A stretch of 63,911 nucleotides of DNA, counting the filler, from Cercozoa sp. M6MM (taxonomy: Eukaryota > Protista > Endomyxa: Ascetosporea), in the NCBI GenBank assembly GCA_040357565.1. It is 12 parts of 12 records of this genome, joined end to end, with 100 filler letters (N's around TTAATTAATTAA, not from the genome) between each part and the next. Parts side by side here need not be neighbours in the genome. Positions count along the whole stretch, not along the records: positions 10,663 to 40,205 come from JBDODJ010000133.1; positions 40,306 to 42,053 come from JBDODJ010001929.1; positions 42,154 to 49,552 come from JBDODJ010000628.1; 9 more parts are not named here. One strand, 5' to 3'. A program made the translations under genes and the position numbers. Under the pieces are notes generated by a model. The model was not told the origin of the DNA. It did no database searches and saw only the letters and a list, made by a program, of their open reading frames with translations. Positions 26,809 through 42,698 of the stretch are shown here, in pieces (within the stretch, counting starts at the first letter, position 1; each line of letters begins with the position of its first letter).

Positions 26809-27920
26809 ATGTCAATTTACGCGATGGGCCGCGGTCGCCGCGCCGCCAAGAAGGTACTTGAAGCGCTCGTTATTCAGTGTCTGTGGTACACAAATTGCAC
26901 ACAACAATGCCCCCACGCAGCAAGAGTCACAAGAGGATGGTGGCGACAGAAAGACGGTCGGCGCCATTCGCGTGCAGGTAGCCTTTGCTATCTCGTTACC
27001 GCTTCTGCTTTTCTATGGAGTGTCCGCACGTTATGACAGATCGATCTGGACGAGTTGGAGTGTCCGTCCAACTGCCGTCTGGAACTGCCCAACCCGGACG
27101 ACATGCTGCACTTCCGTTTGCAGGTATGCGCGAGCTCTCTTTGCACCTGGTTTATTTTCTATTTCTCTCTGACACTCGGCGTAGATTGACGTGCAGAGCG
27201 GCTACTGGAAGGGCGCGACGTACACGTTTAACTTTGACGTGCCAGAGATGTACCCGCACAAGGCGCCCAAGGTCACCTGTCTCGAGGTACACTGTTCCTT
27301 CTCCCCCTCCTACCCATGTCCCCTTTGAGTGTGTTGATTCGTGTGTTTAGCGCATCTACCACCCGAACATTGATCTGGAAGGCAACGTGTGTCTGAACCT
27401 GTACACCATCGAATTAGTTTGTTTCGATGATGAAGAAATGAAGAATTAAAACACCTTCATTCAACCTGCCGTTGCAGCTTGCGTGAGGACTGGAGACCGA
27501 TTCTGACGGTGCAGCAGATTCTGCACGGCCTCATCTTCCTCTTTTTGGTACCTACGCATTACTTATGCGCATCCTGTTCTATGCATCCTGTTCTTTGCAT
27601 CCTGTTCTTTGCATCCTGTTCTTTGCATCCTGTTCTTTGCATCCTGTTCTTTGCATCCTGTTCTATGCATCCTGTTCTTTGCACTGTGTTGAGTCTCGTG
27701 TGTTTTTTATTTTTTTGCTGACAGGAACCGAACGGCAACGACCCGTTGAACCACGATGCTGCCCGTGTGGTATACTGAGTGTACACTACTTTCCCTGAGA
27801 TGCTTGTTGTTACCTTTGTGTGTGCAGATGCGCGAGAACGAGGCCTTGTTCCGACGCAACGTGAACACGTCGCTGCGAGGCGGCACCGTTGACGGCATGC
27901 GATTCCCGCGACAGCTCTAG
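26809..27920 (+). CDS. UBC12: NEDD8-conjugating enzyme Ubc12 (UBE2M)
   Basis: Basic N-terminal extension, YPHKAPKVTC, IYHPNIDLEGNVCLNL|LREDWRP, GLIFLFL|EPNGNDPLNHDAA, RNVNTSLRGG. Seven introns. Confidence 0.93.
27568..27683 (+). repeat. Intronic 14-nt tandem repeat (GCATCCTGTTCT[T/A]T) about 8 copies
   Basis: Directly visible in UBC12 intron 6. Confidence 0.9.
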
Positions 27921-27988
27921 TTTCGCTTCGCTTCGCCCGCGTTTGCTCTCTTCGCCGACATTGCGTTCAAGCAGTGCGACTCTGTTGA

Positions 27989-28158
27989 CGCTACCTGCAC
28001 CAATCATGAAGTCGACTTCGGTGTCTAGGGATAGTCAAAAGGGGAGTTGTATGTCCTATCCTAAGCGGGCGGTAGACACTCATGCTCTTGTGACCCACCG
28101 GACTGGTGCAGGGGAACTACATAGTTGGTTTCTAGAAGAATCAACTAACTGACTAAAC
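27989..28158 (+). mobile_element. 5'-truncated LINE 3'UTR copy / SINE-like element
   Basis: Highly similar by eye to 61985-62160 (CTACCTGCACCAA..GAAGTCGACTTCGGTGTCT..GTCAAAAGGGGAGTTG..TGGTGCAGGGGAACTACATAGTTGG..CAACTAACT.ACTAAAC), including the (CTAA)n-like tail. Confidence 0.85.
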
Positions 28159-28438
28159 TGGCCGCCGAGTCCCGACCCTTCACTTTCATCTTTACGCCAC
28201 CAATAGGCATACCCCGGGGTAGCGGCGCCTTTGATCTAGCGTAGACCTGTCTAGCACTACGCTACAACATCGTCACATGAGGAGTTTGACGCATGGCTCA
28301 CGAGTGTTCGTATAGTATCGATGAGACTCAAACCAGTCAGATGGCAAAGAGCGAGTAGTGATCGAGATCAAAGTTAGGTGTCTGTCGCTATACTCGCTGC
28401 AAGATCGACTCGGGCTTGGCTCACCACTGCCGCGAGCT

Positions 28439-32809
<4,371 letters not shown>

Positions 32810-33229
32810 CACGACGGTTTTGCGGCTTTCGCCACTCCTTTTGCACGAACGTGTGCGTTGAATTAACTTTGCTTGGGCACTGTCACGCACTAGGAACAGC
32901 TCAAAGTTATTGTGCGAAACAACCGTTACCACGCGATCACCCGGCTGACCCAATCGCCCAACGACTGCAGCGGGTGCAAAAAGTACCCAGGGACATCTTT
33001 CGTTTTCAAGTTCTGATCTGTTTGGACTCCATCCTCGTGTTTTAACAGGTTCTGCCGCAATAGGTGACGGTAAGATTTAAACCCTTTGCGGCAGAACCTG
33101 TTCTTTTAAGCATCCAAATGTTAAATTTAAACCCCCGAGCTAAGATTTATTACTCCGCGCTTAAAATTTAACTTCCGTAATAAACGAACGGAACGACAGC
33201 GTAGGCTATGCGCAATAGTAGTTGTTCTC

Positions 33230-34100
33230 GGAGTCGTACTCGAAAGCTGCAGGTCTTGAATATTCGATTAAGCTGTTTATACCATGGTCTCCCAGTAGAG
33301 ATCAACAGTACCTTCGAAAGGAAAGTTCTCGCCGATCTCTTCTGAGTCTGAGTCTTCATCGTCCGAGTCACTTGTGCTTGAAATTGGTTCCCTATCTTGA
33401 TGGTTTGAACTTACCTGCTGGAGCGGAGGCTGTGGAGCTTCTTGTTGCGGTCGGAAGTCATGCCGTTGGTATCGATACGCACCGGCGCGAGGCGCCTTAG
33501 ACCACTCGGCCACCTGGACATGTACGCAGCTTACAAGCCATTGAATGACTGCATAGCAGCAAAGACACCTGTCTCTGGTTGGCACGTTCGAAGCGAGCCA
33601 TGAATTCGAACGCATCTTCTTCTTCGTCTGTCACTTCATCTAACCTCGGCTCGCTGTCAGTTTGACTGGATACCTCCATTGCACTTTCGCGAGTATGTTC
33701 TTGTCGAATCCGATGCAAACTTGGACGGAGGGGCTCCTCGACGTCGTAGCTCTCCCGAAAGCGTTGTCGTCGTGCGTGCAACTGAGCTTGCGCTTGTCGA
33801 GGAGTTCGGAAAATCGGCCGTTGATGTGACTCGCCTATCGCCGTAGCTTCGTATTCCAGTCCGTTTCTGTCCGTGCTTGTTTCATCAGTATCGTGCTCTT
33901 CTTCGGTGGTCGAACTGTCCTGCGGACTTTCGTCCGAATCCGAGTTGGAAGAACTGTCCGTGTCCGTGCTGCTGCCATCTTCGCTCGAACTGTCGGTGTT
34001 AAGCTCTTCTTCCATTTCTTGGCGCAGCATATCTTCAATCTCGCACGCGAGGTTGTCGATCTCTTGCTCGACTCGTTTCAAGTGCTTTCGCATTCGCACA
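33230..34100 (-). CDS. Uncharacterised acidic/Ser-rich protein
   Basis: A 200-aa open exon plus a second acidic exon after a GT-AG intron. No recognisable domain. Confidence 0.45.
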
Positions 34101-34749
34101 ACAAAGACCTGCGCCCTTAACCGCCTCTCGAACAGAGCAACTGATATTTTTTATCGCTGCTGTTAATACCTTATCGCACAGTTTTTCAGCACCTGACTTT
34201 CGCCACGAAGCACGGTTTCGCTGGTAGAAACAGAACTCAGAACCTCCAGCATGGCTTTTTCGCGCTCTAAATTTATTGCATAACACAGCGCGTATGAATG
34301 CACACTTTGGATCGGAAAAGGCAATTACGGCAAAGCTGTTCACATGGCCCGCTTATAATTTGTGCCATACGGCTTAAGGTTCCGTACTCCTGCGAGGCCA
34401 TGTACTGCTTTCTACTCCAGAGCGGATTTCCAGGCTTTGCTCGGGAACTCTCGTTTCCTACCGACAAACTTGTTCGCTTGGGACCAAATTTAAAAGCCTG
34501 CATGGCCTAAGCGAACTGCAGAACTCGCAGCGTTTTAATTTCGACAGATGCTGTATTTTGGGTGGGGGTCCACGGCTGTGTCTTGTAGACTAGGGCACGG
34601 TGACCGTAGTCGCTAATTTTATACACGTGCGTGCCACTTGAGCTGACTGTTCAGTTACCGTGCCCGTCCTGTCGAACTGATCTGTTGTCTGGGCGCATGG
34701 AAAGTGGTGTTTCAGTTCAGCACGGAAAGAGTCGTGGGGATCGGCCATG

Positions 34750-36072
34750 CTAGTAGATTCTTCTTTTGAATCGGCAGTGAGGACATCTGTTTAACCACAC
34801 AATTGATATGCTCTTCGCGTCGAGATACGATTCGTAAACGCGGAGACTGAAAGAAAAGCTGAATACGTTGCGAAGCTCGCGGTGCTGCGGACCCTCCAGT
34901 TGCAAGATGTCCTGCAGAAGTCGGTCGCGAGTTCTTTGAGCAACTCCGCGGTCGGGCTCGGCCAATTCACGCGAAAGTGACTGCGACAGGGTTGAGTTCT
35001 CGCAAAACGCATCGTTTGTTTCGTTAAAGTAGCGGCTCCACGCGACAGTCAGAGGATCGGGTTTCGGGACATGGGAGGTTTTCCCCGGAAGCTCCTCTTT
35101 CAGGTCGCTTTCGTCTTCAAGTAGCAACATATCGATGCTGTTGTCTTCGTCATCGCTGTCATTATTGGTGGCATTGACTGCTCTGCCGCGACCGCGAGGT
35201 GCCATGTCTTTCGTTTCCTCAAGTTCGACCACCTCGGATGTCGTTCCAGAATCCATAGCCTCGGCGGAAGTCGATTTCGACGTTGACACCGAGGACGTTG
35301 ACCGCGACTCAATGCCTTGGGCGAAGCTAGCTGCGCACATGTCTCGCACTTGTCGTGCCACGTTCGCGCCGTACTGCAAAACAGCAGTCTCCAGTGCCTT
35401 TGCAAAAACCTTTGGCGACTGCTTCGACGCAAAGCGCTTGGCTTGCTTTTCCAAAAAGGCGTTTCTTCTCTTTTCTTCCTGAAGAATCTCAGGCATGATC
35501 TCAGCCATAACATCTCGCAACGGTTGCAACTGTTCCGCCGTATGTTGATCCTCACGATCCGAAAGCCACTGCTGCAGTGCCTGCGCCCGCTCAGAAAACA
35601 CGTCGAGATCTCGTCGGATCATCTCCACGCTTTGACACCGTATCCCTAGAACATTAAAACAAATTGTATGACGGCTGAAGTGAATGAAGCGACAGGTACC
35701 ACCAAAGCGCAGGCCACCTGCAAGCACTGGGAGTGCAAAGTCGTACCACGCAGAGAAAAGCACGGAATCGTTTTCGTCTCCGATGAGCTGCTCGTCGTCT
35801 ACCACGAGCGCAGATGCGTGCTTTTCTTCAATTTCTTTGACCAATGCCGTCAGCTTTGGCACAAAGCCTCCATTTCCTTGCTCCAACTCACGTAACCGCT
35901 GCACGGTTTGTCCGCTGCTGGACCACTGTACGGCGCTCTGCACTAGCGCTACAGCAACTTTGTCGCGCTGCCGTCGCACGAAAGGCAGCGACAACCGGTA
36001 AAAACTGCAAAACCATTGTTGAGACCGCAATAGTAGTGCGAGGCATCTCAATTCAATGACTCGTTTTACCAC
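34750..36072 (-). CDS. Uncharacterised helical/acidic protein
   Basis: A 440-codon ORF with in-frame intron-like stretches. No recognisable domain; termini uncertain. Confidence 0.45.
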   Translation of the reverse strand: MVKRVIELRCLALLLRSQQWFCSFYRLSLPFVRRQRDKVAVALVQSAVQWSSSGQTVQRLRELEQGNGGFVPKLTALVKEIEEKHASALVVDDEQLIGDENDSVLFSAWYDFALPVLAGGLRFGGTCRFIHFSRHTICFNVLGIRCQSVEMIRRDLDVFSERAQALQQWLSDREDQHTAEQLQPLRDVMAEIMPEILQEEKRRNAFLEKQAKRFASKQSPKVFAKALETAVLQYGANVARQVRDMCAASFAQGIESRSTSSVSTSKSTSAEAMDSGTTSEVVELEETKDMAPRGRGRAVNATNNDSDDEDNSIDMLLLEDESDLKEELPGKTSHVPKPDPLTVAWSRYFNETNDAFCENSTLSQSLSRELAEPDRGVAQRTRDRLLQDILQLEGPQHRELRNVFSFSFSLRVYESYLDAKSISIVWLNRCPHCRFKRRIY

Positions 36073-37979
36073 GTGACGCTGCTCGGGGTCGCGTCTTTCG
36101 GGGTTCCCTGTAGCGCCTTGCGTCTCTTCCGGGCCGGCATGGCAAAAACTGACCTAAGACACTTCAATACCTCCTACTGGGTCTCGTTTGGCAGTATCTA
36201 CGACGCGAGTTGGTTTCAATTTTTGTATTTCGCGTGTTCCGAACCCCAAGGGAAAATAAAAGAAAATAAACTGACTCGTCAGTCGGCTTTCAGAAACTGC
36301 CTCGGTGTTTGACAGATCTTGTAAAACTGCTCGATCGGTGTCATACGTTCGCGTTACAATTTCACGTCTTGTTGATAGGTTCTCCCGTCTCTAATAGCAC
36401 TGTAGCTGTCAGTGTAGGGATCCATGAACTTGGGGTTTATCCCTTCAAAACGGTTCGCGGTTTGTTTGAGTTATTGATCAATTTGATGTAGGTCTCCCGT
36501 CTCTTGCTGCCAAGTGTGGATCAATGAAACCTCACCCATTCGAAAGGAAAGTACGATTTGCGCTGGCTGCTTTCGCGACGCTTTGCGCAGCTTGCGTTGT
36601 TGTAGAGACAGTTGTGGCGTTTTCTATGTAAAATTTAAAGCTGGAGTTATTATTAACTTTTTACTTGTAGTCAGTGTGAATTCCTCGCCGCTGTAGACTC
36701 GCCTTTTTTTACTCGTGCGAACTCATCTATCTCCTCAAAGTCCTTCTTTCAAGGTACAAACCCCGATGGGACATTGGTATGGTCTAAGTAGACTGGTTGT
36801 AGAACTTCAATCACTTCTCGCGTTAACTCGCTTCGCCTTGTGCTGGGTTGGACAGGCGTAAGTCTGTCCTTTTTAAGCGTGTACGTTGTTCTGTGCCAAA
36901 GGATCCTTTGGAATATTAAACAAGATAATTGCTTTGATACCTGCAGGTACCTTGCTGTTGCGATTGCTTTCGACACCGCGCACAAGATAGTCACGGCGCA
37001 CTCCGAACAAATAATCATTAGGTACAATGCTAACACACAATAGCTGGCATAGAATTTGTATCGCCTGTATTCCTTGCCTTCTCTTTTTGTTCACCCTTCA
37101 CTCCCTTCTCCATGTGCGCACAACACCTTGAAGTATTGCAAGTGCTTTCTCAGTCTATGCACCACGTTGCTTTTGACGGTCTCCAACCTGAGTTGCCGGC
37201 ATCTTCTCGGTGTTTACGTGAAGGAAGTGGCCAAGAGCAAGGTGCGGGAACAACAAATGCGCAACGCACCTGCAGGTGTAATCACAGGCACCGACACGGC
37301 ACGTCTGGAAGTGCTCACAGTCCCGAAGCGAATCCACTCGCTTCGTCCTGTGGCGCTGTACACGATCGATGAGGGCAGCGACTCTGCGAGTCTGTCTTGC
37401 GAAGCAGCTTCACTCAGCCAGGGTCAGCAACCAGCACTAAAAGCTACGCCGCACGTGCGGTTCGTGCCTCAAGTTGCCGAACGAAAACGCAATTTAAACT
37501 GTGAAGACGACTCACACGAAAACCATGAATCTGAAAACTCCCGAGGAAATGATGGTATTCAAACTGAAATAGACCGACAGCCTGTAGTTGTAGGAACGGC
37601 ATTTTGACTCTTGTTTTTTTTGACAGAGATACCCCTACAGAAAAACGACATCGAAGCTCTATCAACACGCACCACAGACCTCGGTCCTGTTCGACTGCCA
37701 TAGCGACCGCCGCGTGTTGGGCGCATTTTAATTCGCAGGTATCCAGTTAAAAAATGGACGTAGATATTGCTAAACGAAATTTGAGTTACTAAATACAATG
37801 TGCTTCTCGTTTCCGACTAAATTTAGTGCGGCGAAGCTAAACTTCTTCTACTTTGGTTCTGGATTTCAGTTCAGCTGGAACCTGGAGTTCGACATTTGTC
37901 TCCTCCTCTTAGACGTCCGAGTAAGGCAGTCACGGCCGGATGTCCAGTCCCTGCAGTTTGGCATAAACACAGATGCCAC

Positions 37980-40146
37980 TTACGAGGCAGTGTTGAGCTG
38001 TTGTACCAGTCCAGGGTTGAGCGCAGGGTTCGCAAAGCCGGCTCCCTACGAGGAAGCACAGTTCAGATCTAAATTTAATACCTATAAAGAAAAGAGGGGT
38101 CACCAAATCGAACTGCGTCCAGCCAGGTGTCCATCCTGGTGTGTCGAGAGGCACGTTGAAGTTGCCAACTCCTCCCAGCACGGTTCCTCCTGTACCACCG
38201 CCACAGCAACCGCCGGTGCCGGTGTCAAAGGCGTTGTTGTTGCCGACGCCGTAGATTGTTGCCGGCACTGTCACTGCTGGATATCGACCGGCATCCTACA
38301 GGGGGGAATAAATGAGAGGGAGAGGTATAAATGCAGAACAACATGCCAACATTGTCTGGAAGGCTTTCCATGCCAGTTGAACGTCAGCTCTCGATGGGTC
38401 TAGGTAGCCGCCATAGGTACCTACGGGGAGGAGAGGTACCAGGGGTATCGGGAGTGGGGTTGAGGGAAGAAAGACCAACAGGCGGCGGTCGATCAAAGCC
38501 GGTGGCCACCATGACATCACTCAGCTGCGAGGACAGCAGTCCCACCGTGTTGAGCAAGTTCTGCAACTCGGCCGAGTTGTTGTCCTGCGCGTTGTCCTTC
38601 CCGAACAGGCAGCGCAGGATCCAGCGACGAAAGCCATCTGGGGGGGGGGGGGGGCGGAGAGTGAGTACAGGTAGGGGGAGGGTAAGGTGTAAAGGATAAA
38701 GAGAATCCTACTGGCACGTCGATTCTCTTCGTTCTTCTCGTCGCGTGCCTGACCTGTCTGCTGCTTGCGTCGCCAACTCTGCGGGGGAGGGGTAAAGAAG
38801 CGTATTAAGGGGGGAGTCGAAACGCACCTGCACATCCTGTGCGATCTGCATCTGCTGCGCGAACAGTCGCACGTCACGGTCCATCTGAACACACCGAGGG
38901 ATGGGGAGGAGGTGGGTAGTAAGGCTTAAGGGAGTACCTGCAGCGACTGAATCAAGGCCTGTCGTCCAGCACGGTCGAGTCGAATCTGCGCGCCGACTCG
39001 TCCCTGTTCACACACCATCAGCGTGCAATTATACTCCCCTCCCCTATTACCTCCTAGAGACAACGCACATTGCGGTCAAAGCCGAAACCATTGTTGTTGT
39101 GACCGCAGGCTGCGCCCGTGTCAAAGCCGGTGTTGCCACCGTACACCTTCTGCCAGAGCAGCAAGCTTCCGCGCGGACGCCCACAACTACAAGAAAACAC
39201 TAAAGACGAAACTTACGCCCGTGTCGAAGCCGGTGTTGCCGCCGTAGACGTTCTAAACTTACATTTCACATTTTTCGATTTTCTCTCGTCCGCGCGCATG
39301 AAAACAGAAACTTACGCCTGTGTCGAAGCCAGTATTGCCGCCGTAGACGTTCTGTCAAAAACCTCATTTTTCTCTTTCTCCCATGCCCGCGCGGACGATC
39401 GGAGATGCAAAAAGAAACTAAGCGTGTACGCCTGTGTCGAAGCCGGTGTTGCCGTTTCCATAGACGTTCTACCAGAACAGCAATAATTAGTCTTTCTCCC
39501 ACGTCCGCGCGGACGGCAGATACAAAAAAAGGAAACAAATCGAGTACGCCAGTGTCGAAGCCGGTGTTGCCGCCGTACACGTTCTGGGCACAGGGAGGCA
39601 CAAGTAGCCTTCCGCGCGGATGCAGGAAAATACAAGAAAGCATGCTACGCCAGTGTCAAAGCCCGTGTTGCCACCGCACCCGTTCTGCGCGAGAAGCAAG
39701 TGTTTCCCTTGTCCTGTCTTCCGCGCGGATACCCGCAAAATAATAAAGAAGAAAACAACGAACGCCAGTGTCAAAGCCGGTGTTGCCGTTGCTGTAGACG
39801 TTCTGCAAAAGAAAAACAACAACAATTCTTCCGTCCGCGCGGACGCAGGAAAAAAGGAAAAAAACGCTACGCCCGTGTCAAAGCCGGTGTTGCCGCCGTA
39901 CGCATTCTGCCGACACAAAGTGAAATCCCCTTCCGCGCGGACGCGAAAAAGTACCGAAATGCGGCGACATACGCCAATGTCGAAGCCGGGCGTGTTGCCG
40001 TACAGGTTCTGTGTCCCACACGCACGTTAAACGTGCGAAACTGCCTCCGCGCGGATGGCATAGAAATACACAAAAGCACAAAGACAAGAAACGGGGTGAG
40101 AAACTACGCCAGTGTCGAAGCCGGTGTTGGGCTGACTGCCGTAGCC
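37980..40146 (-). CDS. G/N/T/Y-rich repeat protein encoded by a mini-exon array (5'-truncated by contig end)
   Basis: Mini-exons 40108-40146, 39973-40008, 39871-39906, 39764-39802, 39649-39684, 39548-39583, 39430-39468, 39316-39351 and 39217-39252, then exon 39069-39149, all AG/GT-bounded and phase 0. Ordinary exons follow (GRVGAQIRLD.., MDRDVRLFAQQ.., ..VATGFDRPPP, ..NNNAFDTGTGGCCGG..TPGWTPGW). Confidence 0.85.
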
Positions 40147-40305
40147 CTGTGTCCAGTGAGCGATCAATGTGCGCACGTGCTCAGTGGTGCCAAATGACTC
40201 GGGGGNNNNNNNNNNNNNNNNNNNNNNNNNNNNNNNNNNNNNNNNNNNNTTAATTAATTAANNNNNNNNNNNNNNNNNNNNNNNNNNNNNNNNNNNNNNN
40301 NNNNN

Positions 40306-40339
<34 letters not shown>

Positions 40340-40350
<11 letters not shown>

Positions 40351-41711
40351 GAGAAGAGGTACGAAGCGCCATCGGATGCGCTAGCAACGCTGCCTTTCGC
40401 CTGTCGCACAACTCCTTCGACGTCAACTATTCGGGGGGGGGGGGGATGAGTAAGGTTAAGGGGTAAAGGGAGGGGGTAACTACCTGTCCTGGTGCAGCCT
40501 TCTCAATCGACTCGTGGGTCACTGGCGTGATGGATTCCGTGTCTACCCAGGGTGGCGGTAAAGGGGTGTGTGTGTGAGTGTGTGTGTGTGTGTGGGGGGG
40601 GGGGGGGTAAAGGGCAAGTGTACTCAAGACACGCGAGGCAGCACCGGCCTCGCCCATGGCCAGAACCAGCAGGGTCAGCTACACCGTCCCATCACCGTAT
40701 CACTGAGGTCACATTCGTGAGCATAGAACGAAGTACCACGTGCGGGTCCGCGCGGAGACTCTCGCGCAGCATGGTGGCCGCCGCATGTGCACGGTGCACG
40801 CACGCCGCGCCACGTGCTGTAGTGACCAACTTGATCACTAGACGGTTTGACACAGACTGATCGGACTTGGCCGATCGATCGATCACTGACTGATCGGACG
40901 GTGCTGCCTGTCGCCAGCGACGCAGCATGCCACGTGCCACGCGGCACAGTTCTTCCGCCGACTGCGGCGACGTCTCGGCACTCGTCCAGTGCTGACTGCG
41001 ACAACCGTGTCAGCACAACAACAACCCTGCCTGTCACTGGTCACTCTCACCTCAGTACGACCAGTGTGTCCGCGCGGACGCTCTGTCGCAGCGAGCGCAG
41101 CGACAGGTCCTCCAGTTCGAGCACCTCGACGTCGACAGCGTCGGCGCCCGCTCGCACCGCCGCCTGCGTGCACTCCACCTGGGGGGGGGGGGGGGGGTAA
41201 GGGGTAATAGGGAGGTAAACAGAGAGGTAACTAAGAGAAAATAGAGGGTAAATCGGGAGGTAAATAGGGAGCTAAAGAGGGTGGTAAATAGAGGGATAAA
41301 AAGGGGATAAATAGGGGGATAAATAGGAGGACAAATAGGGGGATAAATAGGGGACGGGGGGGAGGGGTAAACAGGTAGGTAAACAGGGATACATAGGACA
41401 GAGGATCGGCGCGGCCGCCCTGCGACGAGGAGCGCATGCAGAACAACAGCGGTGTCTGCGGCGGCAGGTGTCGACGCAGGTTGCACACCTGTCTGCACAG
41501 ACATACACACAGCGCATATAGGGGGGTAGGGTAGGGTAGGGTAGGGTGGATAGGGTAGGGTGGAGTGAGTAGTGATGGTGAGTAGGGTAGATAGACAGAC
41601 AGATAGATAGATAGATAGGTAGATAGATAGATAGATAGGTAGATAGATACGTAGATAGATAGGTAGATAGATACGTAGATAGATAGGTAGATAGATACGT
41701 AGATCGATAGG

Positions 41712-41742
<31 letters not shown>

Positions 41743-41990
41743 GTAGATAGATAGGTAGATAGATAGATATAGAGATAGATAGATAGATAGATAGAATAGA
41801 TAGACAGACAGATAGAGATATTACAATCATACACACAAATAGACATACATACAAGAAAGTAAGGGAGGGTAGGCTAGGGCAGGTTCAGGAAAGACAACAT
41901 ACCTAGCCACTTGGAGCGGCGACGGCGAGCACAAAAAGTCGCCGCGCAGTTCGACCACGTCGGCACTGTCCACGCACGCCGGTCGCTCCT
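40340..41990 (-). CDS. Uncharacterised multi-exon gene fragment
   Basis: GC-rich exons (VECTQAAVRAGADAVDVEVLELEDLSLRSL..; LVIKLVTTARG..) between satellite-filled introns. No family recognised. Confidence 0.4.
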
Positions 41991-42169
41991 CTGCGGAGGC
42001 GGGGAGGGGGGCAAACATGGGGGTAAACAGGGGGGTAAACAGGGGGGTAAACANNNNNNNNNNNNNNNNNNNNNNNNNNNNNNNNNNNNNNNNNNNNTTA
42101 ATTAATTAANNNNNNNNNNNNNNNNNNNNNNNNNNNNNNNNNNNNNNNNNNNNGGGGGGGGGGGGGGTA

Positions 42170-42524
42170 CCAAGTTGACAACATCTTTTTCGAACTGGTC
42201 AAACTCATCGGATGATAATTGCAGATACGACAACGATTGCTGGGCAACACAAACATAAACCCATAGACCAGTACCCCCCCCGGAAAAAAATTAATCAGTG
42301 CACCGCTTTGTGCAGCTCCTCTGTCGTTACAACCGGCACCTCGTCGGCGTCTTTGTCAAAAAGTGCCGACAGAGACCACGTACCGTGTTTTTTTGAAAAG
42401 ATCTGCGCACCAGATGTCACAGATACGAGGTGAGTCACAATCAACAAAAAAGGCAAAGCACCTCATCGACATTGCGCGACAGCGGACGCACTTGTCGCGT
42501 TATTGATCGTCGTAGTACTTGCAT
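42170..42524 (-). CDS. Mitochondrial GatC-like protein, 5' part (tentative)
   Basis: Presequence-like MQVLRRSITRQVRPLSR, then VVTTEELHKA|QSLSYLQLSSDEFDQFEKML, resembling the GatC helix pattern. Confidence 0.3.
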
Positions 42525-42698
42525 TTTACTATAATTATTACTCACACACGCTCACACCGGTCAAGTTTCACTGTACTGTAAGTCCTTTTCAGTCGACTTT
42601 TCGTTTATTTTTTCAGGCGTTTCGCGAACAAAACAGTGATATTATTTCGTCTTTTTTAAAGTATTAAAGCGCAGTTTAAATGAACTAGAACCGTCTTG

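Noticed and set aside
39069-40146. CRISPR array (about 36-nt repeats with unique spacers)
   Set aside because: Eukaryotic context and no cas genes. The repeats vary at synonymous positions and by whole codons and are AG/GT-bounded, and the 'spacers' are 63-99-nt introns.
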